Shown in pieces: positions 1 to 7,403 of a stretch of 64,000 bases of DNA (position 1 is the first letter of the stretch; the number at the start of each line of letters is the position of its first letter). The position numbers and the translations under genes are program-made. The DNA is from a virus (taxonomy: Duplodnaviria; Caudoviricetes), in the IMG/VR virus record IMGVR_UViG_3300036797_000054, positions 1 to 64,000 of that record. One strand, given 5' to 3'. The notes beneath the pieces were generated by a model, which did not search any database, was not told the origin of the DNA, and saw only the letters and a list, made by a program, of their open reading frames with translations.

Positions 1-11
1 ATGTTGAGACG

Positions 12-305
12 GTGGACTACTTCGGGTTCGATGACGTGAAGGACAGCTACGGCATCGCGGCCAACGACCCGAACGCACGCACCGAGGAGATGGACGACGC
101 CACGTTGCCGCTCGCGCTCGAAGGCATGGAGAGCGAGGGTGACACGCCGTGGGTGTCGGTGCGCAACGCCTCGGACCCGCAGGTGCCGACGATGGCCGAC
201 CTCGCCGCCGAGAAGAAATGGGCGGCGGCGATCTACGCCAAGTACGGCTACTACACAACCGTGTGCTCAGCGATCGCTAGCTGGGCACTGATCGCCGACC
301 TGTAG
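12..305 (+). CDS. hypothetical protein
   Basis: Acidic 97-aa ORF with GC3-rich codons; start uncertain at window edge. Confidence 0.5.
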   Translation: MDYFGFDDVKDSYGIAANDPNARTEEMDDATLPLALEGMESEGDTPWVSVRNASDPQVPTMADLAAEKKWAAAIYAKYGYYTTVCSAIASWALIADL

Positions 306-313
306 AGGAGCTG

Positions 314-535
314 ATGCAGTTGAAGATGACCGACGATCTCGCGCAGCGCATCCAGACCGCGGTGCGCGAAAAGTGTCGCACGGAAGAGTCCCTGGTGGAC
401 GCCGAGGCACCGTCCACCGTCCACGACGCGGCGATCCGCTACGTCGAGGTGCAGATCGAGCTCGGCGAGCTGCTGGAGGAGGCGATCGAGGACGACGAAG
501 AGGACGGCGAGAGCGCCGAGCCAGCGTCCGATTGA
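314..535 (+). CDS. hypothetical acidic protein
   Basis: GAGGAG RBS before ATG; 73 aa. Confidence 0.65.
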   Translation: MQLKMTDDLAQRIQTAVREKCRTEESLVDAEAPSTVHDAAIRYVEVQIELGELLEEAIEDDEEDGESAEPASD

Positions 536-867
536 CCTGAAAACCTGCGCTCGCGCCGTCACGGGCGCGGTCACAGGGGATACCTCCTCTGTCTCGCGGC
601 GGTCCCGGCATTGGCGTAGCACCTGAGCCGGGGCCGCCGCTTGCATCTGTCGGGCCAGCCATGTACGTTGCACGGCAGATGTTCCTCGGACGCACACAAG
701 CCGCAGAACGCATGGCGACGACCGTGGCGACTGCGGCTGCGCGGGTCGATAGAGGGCCATCATGCGCTGCCAAGCCCGCGAGGTACGAGCGCCTGCCGGG
801 CGCTAGCTGGGGCTTGCACTTCATCCAGCCGAACACGGCCGCGACTTAGAGAACGGGAGACAAACCA

Positions 868-2100
868 ATGACTCCCGTGCTAAAGGTCGCGGGAGGTCAG
901 CCGGTTTGGACCCGCGACAGCATCATCGAATATCTGCGCGACTACATCGCCCTCTACGGCGAGGTCGAGCTGGTGGCTGCTGCCTTCTCACCGTCGAGCG
1001 CAAAGTGGAACGACCGCCAGGATCTTGTTGAGCGCTACTACGCGGGCAACCCGCGCAAGGACGGCCATGCGTGGCCGTCGCTCAACTCGATCAAGGGGAT
1101 CGTCCCGAACAAGTCGTTCAACGAAGTCCGCGCGCTACTCGGGCTCGCCGCGAGCAAGCGTGGGCCGCGCCGCGCCGCGGGCAAGCACGGTCCTGTGCGT
1201 GATGTGCGTGAGCGCGTTCGCACACGCGTGGTCGAGCGCTTTGCCGACGCACGCTGGGGTGCGCACGCAGCCGAGGGCCCCAAGACGGCCAAAGTCGAAC
1301 GTGTGCTTGTCCCGTCGCCGGGCGACGAGCGTCTGCGCAAGGCTGCTACCAAGGCCGAGCAGCGGCTGGCGACAGCCACCGAGCGTTTACGCGAAGCGCG
1401 CGAGAAAGCGCGCACGGCGCGCGAGGAACGCACCGCTGCCAACCGCAAGGTCAAGAGCCTCGCGGGCCAACTCGCGACGGCGAGGAGCATCGTGAACGAG
1501 CTGCGCTCGCGCGTGAATGAGCTCGGCCGCGAGCTGCACGCCTCGCAGGTTGCCCACACCAAAGACACCGAGAACTTGGCCGCGATGCTGATGCGCGAGG
1601 AAACTTCGCACAGCGTGACCAAGGACGATCGCGATGAGCAGCGTGGATACGTCGCTGCGATGGAGGTGACCATCGAGAGCCTGCGCGAGCGTCTGGAGCT
1701 CGCCGACCCCGTGGAGCTCAGCCGGGCTCAAGCCGAGGTAGCCACGGCTCGCGAGCGTGTAGCTACTGCCAACGCGGAGAAGCGCAAGGCCCAGAGTCGT
1801 GCCGACGCCGAGATGCGCCAGCGTCGCGTCGCCGTGGCGCGAGCGGACAAGGCCGAGGGCGAAGCGCGCCGCGAGCTGGCTCAGCGCGTTCGCATCCAGA
1901 AGGCAGTCGCGGGCCACGATCGGCCGCTCACCCTCGCGCAGGTGGAGAGCCTGCGCGAGAAGGGTCCGCAGGGGCCGGTGATCTTCATGGACGCAGTACG
2001 CACGGTCGTCAATGCACAGAGCAAAGGCGAGCGCGCGACACTGCGCGAGGCTCTGCGGCGTGTAGCCGCGGCGGCTGTCGGCTGGGCAGATCGGCTCTGA
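868..2100 (+). CDS. coiled-coil protein with N-terminal homing-endonuclease-associated-repeat-like domain
   Basis: WTRDSIIEYLRDY...WPSLNSIK...SFNEVRALLGL resembles the HNH-associated repeat; long A/R/E heptad region follows; GGGAG RBS. Confidence 0.6.
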   Translation: MTPVLKVAGGQPVWTRDSIIEYLRDYIALYGEVELVAAAFSPSSAKWNDRQDLVERYYAGNPRKDGHAWPSLNSIKGIVPNKSFNEVRALLGLAASKRGPRRAAGKHGPVRDVRERVRTRVVERFADARWGAHAAEGPKTAKVERVLVPSPGDERLRKAATKAEQRLATATERLREAREKARTAREERTAANRKVKSLAGQLATARSIVNELRSRVNELGRELHASQVAHTKDTENLAAMLMREETSHSVTKDDRDEQRGYVAAMEVTIESLRERLELADPVELSRAQAEVATARERVATANAEKRKAQSRADAEMRQRRVAVARADKAEGEARRELAQRVRIQKAVAGHDRPLTLAQVESLREKGPQGPVIFMDAVRTVVNAQSKGERATLREALRRVAAAAVGWADRL

Positions 2101-2101
2101 C

Positions 2102-2752
2102 ATGGACACGAGAAAGCGTGAAGCGGCCAAACGCAAGAAGGCGCGTGCGCGCGTCCGTCACCAGGAACTGCGCTACTGCGTTACATGTGGCTTGAAAGCG
2201 TCGGCCGAGGCCGGAGTCTGTCCCAATTGCGGACTGCCGTTGACGGCACGCACGCGCGAGTGGAAATCGGCTGCGCTGGCATCGATCCTCGCGCAGTCCG
2301 AGCACCCGATCCATCAGGCGCATGAGCGTCATGCGGTCCGGCGTGCTGCTCAGCGTCAGCAAGAGGAGGTTCCTGATGGCAGAACGCTATATGAGGTCTG
2401 GTTGGCGGATCAGCCCGGGCATCCCTTGGGTGTTGGCGTGCCACTGGGCGCTACCTTGCGTATGGACGGAGAGTCGCACTCCAACGCATGGCGGCGCATA
2501 CTGCGCAGCGATCCGTGTGCCTACTGTGGCGCGCCGATCAGTGGCACCGTTGATCACGTAGAACCGCGCCATACTCGTCGCAACGGCGTCGAGCGCTGGA
2601 TCAATCTCGTTGGCGCGTGTAGCCGGTGCAACGGCTCAAAGGCAGCAAAACCGCTGCTGCTGTTCCTGCTCGCAAAACGCTCGCATTATGGTGCTCACCA
2701 TAATTCTGCAACCTTACAGCCACGGCCGATCGCGACCGCTCAGCCGCGGTAG
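2102..2752 (+). CDS. HNH endonuclease with N-terminal zinc ribbon
   Basis: CVTC/CPNC, then CAYCG...VDHVEP...NLVGACSRCNGSK. Confidence 0.85.
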   Translation: MDTRKREAAKRKKARARVRHQELRYCVTCGLKASAEAGVCPNCGLPLTARTREWKSAALASILAQSEHPIHQAHERHAVRRAAQRQQEEVPDGRTLYEVWLADQPGHPLGVGVPLGATLRMDGESHSNAWRRILRSDPCAYCGAPISGTVDHVEPRHTRRNGVERWINLVGACSRCNGSKAAKPLLLFLLAKRSHYGAHHNSATLQPRPIATAQPR

Positions 2753-2775
2753 TTGCAGTGTCCACCAGGCGAGGC

Positions 2776-2804
2776 TTGCAAGAGCAGCGTTTGATTGCTA
2801 TGCT
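2776..2804 (+). promoter_or_regulatory. sigma70-type promoter with operator in spacer (class I)
   Basis: TTGCAA-N17-TATGCT; spacer holds AGCAGCGTTTGATTGCT (2783-2799), a 16/17 inverted copy of the 13615 and 27568 motif. Confidence 0.8.
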
Positions 2805-2837
2805 GTTTTACGCAACCGAACCTGGAGGAACAGCATC

Positions 2838-3047
2838 ATGGGCGCAAGCAGCAGTAGATTCATCGAGGCAACATACGCGCAGGAAGCCGAGGCCGACAGG
2901 CTTTGCTCGGAGTGGGGCAAGTGCGAAGTCTGGATGGCCCACGGCAAGCTCGGCGACGTGATGCACGTTCGCTGCGAAGGTGGCTGCTACACGTTCGACC
3001 AGTACGGTCGCGACGTGACCGAGGAGGCGCATCTGATATGCGCCTGA
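2838..3047 (+). CDS. hypothetical protein
   Basis: GGAGG RBS then ATG 2838, directly downstream of class I promoter. Confidence 0.7.
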   Translation: MGASSSRFIEATYAQEAEADRLCSEWGKCEVWMAHGKLGDVMHVRCEGGCYTFDQYGRDVTEEAHLICA

Positions 3048-3229
3048 GCATCACCGACAATCCGCTCTTTATCGCAGGGATGCTCGTGGTGCTCTCGTGC
3101 GCATTGCTGATCGTCAACCACGAGCTGCACCTACTCGGCCACATCGCCGCGCTGTTCGGCAAGAACGTCGAAGGTCAAGCGCCGGTCGTGTACGTCCACT
3201 GCAACGCTGGGCCGAGCCAATGGTGCTGA
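3038..3229 (+). CDS. small membrane protein
   Basis: Hydrophobic LFIAGMLVVLSCALLIV; overlaps neighbours as in coupled phage genes. Confidence 0.55.
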   Translation: MRLSITDNPLFIAGMLVVLSCALLIVNHELHLLGHIAALFGKNVEGQAPVVYVHCNAGPSQWC

Positions 3230-3549
3230 GCGACGCCGAGCGCCAGCGCATGATCGAGCTCTTCGAAGCGGCCTACGGGTTGACTCCGTGGATCGAGCGC
3301 GACGACCGACCGGCGATGATGCTCCTTGACGCCTCGGAGGAGGATCAGCTAGCGGTAGACCGCTGCACGGCGTGGGAAACGGCGTGGCTGCACGCTCGCC
3401 GGATCACCGATGAGCGCTCGCTGACGATGGCAGTCGAGATCCAGCGCCTCTTCGCGGCCGGGCACATGATCCTGGCCGAGCCCAAGGAAGCATCGCGCGC
3501 GGTGATCATGGAAGCCCCGCGCGCGGTGATCGCGGAGAGGCAGTCGTGA
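3220..3549 (+). CDS. hypothetical protein
   Basis: ATG 3220, stop overlaps next start (GTGA). Confidence 0.6.
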   Translation: MVLSDAERQRMIELFEAAYGLTPWIERDDRPAMMLLDASEEDQLAVDRCTAWETAWLHARRITDERSLTMAVEIQRLFAAGHMILAEPKEASRAVIMEAPRAVIAERQS

Positions 3550-4055
3550 GGGCCGCTGTCGCGCTCATCAACCCGAAGAATCCCCCGAACGTCGGCAATG
3601 TGCTGCGAGCGTGCAGCAACTTCGGGGCCGAACGCCTCCACTGGACCCCGGAGCGCATCGTTGACCCCGAGGACTGGCCCGAGGGACAGCGCCTGCCGCG
3701 CGAGGAGCGCATGAAGCTCTACACCGACGTGTCCATCAACACGATCCAGCGCAATCTGATCGTGACGAGCTTTGTCGCCTCGGGTTTCACTCCCGTTGCC
3801 GTTGAGGTTCGCGAGAGCGCTGAGCTGCTGCCTACGTTCGAGCACCCCAAGGATGCGGTCTACGTGTTCGGACCCGAGGACGGTTCGCTCGATCGAGGCA
3901 TCCTCACAGCGTGCCATCGGTTCATCGTGATCCCCTCGACAAGCTGCCTGAATCTCGCCGCTGCCGTCAATGTCGTGCTCTACGACCGGCTCGCCAAGAT
4001 GCACTCGGGCTTCGTGCCGCACGGAACGCGCGCCTACGCTGGGGTCGAGGGGTGA
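3546..4055 (+). CDS. SpoU/TrmH-family (SPOUT) RNA methyltransferase
   Basis: NPKNPPNVGNVLRACSNFG, YVFGPEDG, IPSTSCLNLAAAVNVVLY match SpoU motifs 1-3. Confidence 0.9.
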   Translation: MRAAVALINPKNPPNVGNVLRACSNFGAERLHWTPERIVDPEDWPEGQRLPREERMKLYTDVSINTIQRNLIVTSFVASGFTPVAVEVRESAELLPTFEHPKDAVYVFGPEDGSLDRGILTACHRFIVIPSTSCLNLAAAVNVVLYDRLAKMHSGFVPHGTRAYAGVEG

Positions 4056-4393
4056 CGCGCTCGGTTTGGTGGCTGCTACTCGACACGCTCGCGGTCTATC
4101 GGCTCGCGATCTTGGTCAGTCGCGACAAGATCATGGAGCCGCTGCGCAACTGGCTGCAATGGCGCGGCTGGACACCGAGCGCGTCCTACGGCTGGAATCG
4201 GCGGCGCACGTTCCTGGCCCCGTTCTGGCGCTGGATGTATGAACTGAGCATCTGCCCTTGGTGCGTCTCGGTGTGGGCGGCGGCGCTCGTCACGGCCCTC
4301 ACCAAGCTGACGCCCGAGGTTTGGCAGTACCCGGCGTTCGGCCTCGCGCTGTCGGGCCTGACGGTGCTGGCGACGCGGCGGTTCAAGCGTTGA
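4052..4393 (+). CDS. DUF1360-like membrane protein
   Basis: LAVYRLAILVSRDKIMEPLR...ELSICPWCVSVW. Confidence 0.8.
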   Translation: MTRSVWWLLLDTLAVYRLAILVSRDKIMEPLRNWLQWRGWTPSASYGWNRRRTFLAPFWRWMYELSICPWCVSVWAAALVTALTKLTPEVWQYPAFGLALSGLTVLATRRFKR

Positions 4394-4863
4394 AAGCGAT
4401 CTCCCTGCATCAGCCGTGGGCGACGCTCATCATGCTCGGTGTCAAGCGCGTGGAGACGCGCTCGTGGCGACCGCCCGAGGCATTGATCGGGCAACCCATA
4501 GCGATCCACGCCGCGCAACGCCTAGACCCGATCGCATACACGGAGCCGTTTGTATCCGTGCTCGGAGGCCAGCCGTCGAGCATTCCGCGTGGTGCGCTAC
4601 TTGGGAGCGTCACCCTCGAAGGCGCATGGCGCATTGATCACCCCGCTGATGCGAGGCTCGTCGCCGGGGAGTATCACCGCCTTGATGACGGCAGCGGCAG
4701 GCCGAAGTTTGACACGCAGGCGATCGAGCACGAGCTAGCCTTTGGTGACTTCGCGCTGGGGCGCTGGGCTTGGGGACTAACCAACGTGCGACGCCTGCCG
4801 CGCCCGGTCCCCTTTCGTGGCCGTCAACGCCTCTTCGAGGTCGATTTCTCGGAGCTACGTTGA
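4390..4863 (+). CDS. ASCH domain protein
   Basis: KAISLHQPWATLIMLGVKRVETRSW...IAIHAA...RGRQRLF; TTG start overlapping upstream stop. Confidence 0.9.
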   Translation: MKAISLHQPWATLIMLGVKRVETRSWRPPEALIGQPIAIHAAQRLDPIAYTEPFVSVLGGQPSSIPRGALLGSVTLEGAWRIDHPADARLVAGEYHRLDDGSGRPKFDTQAIEHELAFGDFALGRWAWGLTNVRRLPRPVPFRGRQRLFEVDFSELR

Positions 4864-5066
4864 ACTGGCGACCGCTGCCACGCGAGCTGGAGGGCGGCGG
4901 CCGCGGCAGCGGCGCGAACGCAGGCGAGCCGGGACTGGCCGAATACGAGTGCGGCACCTACCCGGCGTGCTCGATTCACGGGGCGATGACGGCCATCGGC
5001 GGCGGCAAGTGGCGTTGCCTGGCACCCGAGTGCAACATTGGCGTAGAGTGGTCCCACCGTGGCTAA
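4860..5066 (+). CDS. small putative zinc-binding protein
   Basis: CSIHG...WRCLAPEC; coupled TTGA overlap. Confidence 0.5.
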   Translation: MNWRPLPRELEGGGRGSGANAGEPGLAEYECGTYPACSIHGAMTAIGGGKWRCLAPECNIGVEWSHRG

Positions 5067-5400
5067 CCGTTCACGCAAGAAGCGCCCACGCGGCCCAGGC
5101 ACAGCGCAGCGGCGCAAGGAACGGGAGCTCGGGATCGAGAACGTAGACGGCCTGTCCAAGCCGATGCTCGACAAGCTGCACGTCGAGTCAGGCCGGTTGT
5201 TCGGGCTCGGGATCGGCGTGCTGCTGCGCGAAGAGTCTGTCGCGCGCAGCACGATGCAGGGTCATCGCGACAAGCCTTGGTTCAAGCGATGGCTCCCCGG
5301 CAGCCTGCTGGCGTATCGCAAGGCGAAAGCCGAGCACGCCCTTTGGGATGGCCGTCTCGCAGAGTGCGCTAGCGCCGTGGCGCGCAAGCACGCACCGTAG
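5059..5400 (+). CDS. hypothetical basic protein
   Basis: 113-aa ORF filling the gap between neighbours. Confidence 0.55.
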   Translation: MANRSRKKRPRGPGTAQRRKERELGIENVDGLSKPMLDKLHVESGRLFGLGIGVLLREESVARSTMQGHRDKPWFKRWLPGSLLAYRKAKAEHALWDGRLAECASAVARKHAP

Positions 5401-5428
5401 ATAGACAACCCAATCTGGAGGGCACACA

Positions 5429-5698
5429 ATGTCAGCGAGCATGTCTTTGTCGGTCAGCGGGACGGAGCTTCCACGCGAGGGCCGGTCGCCTCTCCTCGCG
5501 TTCGCCACACAGTCGGGCGGCCATGTCGTCCACGCCGCGGTGTATGACCCCGAGCAGCAGTCCGAGTTGCCTGCGGGCGCGCTCGCCGAGGGTGAGATGT
5601 TCGTGGCAGGCACCGACGGCCAACCGAGGCACATAGGCAAAGGCCGTGTCTACGGCCAGATCACAGGAGGTGCGAATGCGGTACACGACGACGGTTGA
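5429..5698 (+). CDS. hypothetical protein
   Basis: GGAGGG RBS before ATG. Confidence 0.55.
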   Translation: MSASMSLSVSGTELPREGRSPLLAFATQSGGHVVHAAVYDPEQQSELPAGALAEGEMFVAGTDGQPRHIGKGRVYGQITGGANAVHDDG

Positions 5699-6014
5699 GG
5701 CCAAGGGCTACGGCCAGCCCGAGGAGGAGGGCGAAAAGCTCCTCGCCGCGCTCCCGGACGACAGCCCCGATCTTGCGGTCGCGGTTGGCGTTGACGAGCA
5801 GCGCGGGATGCTGCGCATCGAGCTCGTGTTCGACGCCGAGAACGGCCTCGACGCGCAGGAGCAGACGCTGGACGTGTGGAGGTCGGCATGGAACACGGCG
5901 TTCCCCGACCTTGGGCCGACGGAGCGCATCGCGATCACGGCCGTCCCTGGCGTGCTGACGCCGAGCGTCGCTGTGGGGAGCGCCGACCCGCTGGCCGACG
6001 TTCCGATGACGTGA
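5676..6014 (+). CDS. hypothetical protein
   Basis: Starts at GGAGGTGCGA-ATG (5666-5678), the shared RBS motif. Confidence 0.7.
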   Translation: MRYTTTVEAKGYGQPEEEGEKLLAALPDDSPDLAVAVGVDEQRGMLRIELVFDAENGLDAQEQTLDVWRSAWNTAFPDLGPTERIAITAVPGVLTPSVAVGSADPLADVPMT

Positions 6015-6202
6015 AGCGGCTGTTCGCGCTCACCTGGGTGGCGATCGGCGTCATCGCTTGGCGTCAGCAGTCGCTGGAGGAGGCGATGGCGCAGTTCGTC
6101 GCCGCGTCGAACAAGATGTTCCAGACCGCGACCACCACGCTGCTCAACGAGATGGCGGATGCCATGGAGTCGGTCGCAGCTCGGGGCGGCAGCTCGAACT
6201 GA
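6011..6202 (+). CDS. small membrane-anchored protein
   Basis: KRLFALTWVAIGVIAW; GTGA and TGATG couplings. Confidence 0.6.
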   Translation: MKRLFALTWVAIGVIAWRQQSLEEAMAQFVAASNKMFQTATTTLLNEMADAMESVAARGGSSN

Positions 6203-6789
6203 TGAGCGACGCCTGGGACGCCGCGCAGGTGTGGGAGTCGAGCTGGTGGGGCGACTGCGTGCACACGTTCGGGGAGGAGAACAAGCAGCTCGTCTACGCG
6301 AGTCGCATGGGTCTGCACGCGACCGAGACGCCCGACGGTCAGTGGCCGGTCTACGACCTCGGTGGCGCAAGCGCGCTCGACCTCGGTGGCGGTCCCGTCT
6401 CGCTGCTGCTGAAGGCGGTCAACGCCGGTCGCCGCACCGTCGTTGACCCGGGTCACTTTCCTGACTGGATCACAGCGCGCTACGCGGCCGCCGAGATCGA
6501 ATTCCGCGTCCAGAGGGCCGAGGACGTTGAGGGGATGACCGCGGACGAGTGCTGGCTGTACAACGTGCTCCAGCACACCGACGACCCGGCGAAGGTCGCA
6601 GCCGTCGCTCGCGGAGCAGCGCCGACGCTACGGGTGTTCGAGTGGATCGAGACGGAAGTCAACATCGGCCATCCGCACGCGTTCAGCAAGAAAGACCTCG
6701 ACGCGCTGTTCAATGCCAACGGCACCGTCGAGTTCCTGAACGGCGAGCGCGGACTGTTCGGCATCGCTTACTCGGGGGTGTTCGGGTGA
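6202..6789 (+). CDS. class I SAM-dependent methyltransferase
   Basis: ALDLGGGP (motif I), TVVDP, LYNVLQHTDDP. Confidence 0.75.
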   Translation: MSDAWDAAQVWESSWWGDCVHTFGEENKQLVYASRMGLHATETPDGQWPVYDLGGASALDLGGGPVSLLLKAVNAGRRTVVDPGHFPDWITARYAAAEIEFRVQRAEDVEGMTADECWLYNVLQHTDDPAKVAAVARGAAPTLRVFEWIETEVNIGHPHAFSKKDLDALFNANGTVEFLNGERGLFGIAYSGVFG

Positions 6790-6820
6790 GCCTGCCGGTG
6801 CTGGAGATCAGAAGCCAGGC

Positions 6821-7393
6821 GTGATGCTCCTGCTGTTCGACATCGACGGCACGCTCTGCCGCTCATTCCTGCGCGAGGGGCGCAGTCGATCAGACTTCGA
6901 TCTGATCGAGCCGCTACCTGGGCGTGTGCAGCAGATCGCGCGCTTGCGCCACACCTGGGGGCCAGCGCTGCGCATGGCGCTCGTCACCAACCAGGGCGGC
7001 GTCGCCATGGGCTATCAGACGCTGGAGCAGGTCGCGCGCAAGATCAAAGGCGTGCAGCTCGCGCTCGGGATGCCGGGCGGCCTGATCCGCATCCGGCCGT
7101 CGTGCTTGATCGACTATCGCGGTCGCGAGTGCATGCGGACACCCGCGGCCCAGGTTGTCGCGGCCTACCTCTCCATCGGCCATCCCGAGGCCAAGATCGA
7201 GCAGCACAAGACGAGCGCGGGCGACTCCTGGCGCAAGCCAGGGAACGGGATGCTGTACGCCGCGATGGCCGACCATGGCGTGACGAGCCGCGAGACGTGT
7301 TTCGTGGGCGACATGGCGAGCGACGAGCTCGCAGCGCATCGCGCAGGCGTCACCTACCACGATGCGCAGGACTTCTTCGCCGCCAACGCATAA
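6821..7393 (+). CDS. HAD-IIIA family phosphatase (GmhB / polynucleotide 3'-phosphatase-like)
   Basis: FDIDGTL, VTNQGGV, WRKPGNGML, FVGDMASD. Confidence 0.9.
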   Translation: MMLLLFDIDGTLCRSFLREGRSRSDFDLIEPLPGRVQQIARLRHTWGPALRMALVTNQGGVAMGYQTLEQVARKIKGVQLALGMPGGLIRIRPSCLIDYRGRECMRTPAAQVVAAYLSIGHPEAKIEQHKTSAGDSWRKPGNGMLYAAMADHGVTSRETCFVGDMASDELAAHRAGVTYHDAQDFFAANA

Positions 7394-7403
7394 GCTGACG
7401 ACG

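Noticed and set aside
641-871. Short overlapping ORFs between 535 and 868
   Set aside because: No clear RBS, motif or codon bias to choose among frames
5396-5420. GTAGATAGAC resembling the class III upstream element (also ATAG at 749)
   Set aside because: No -10 hexamer at the N11 spacing
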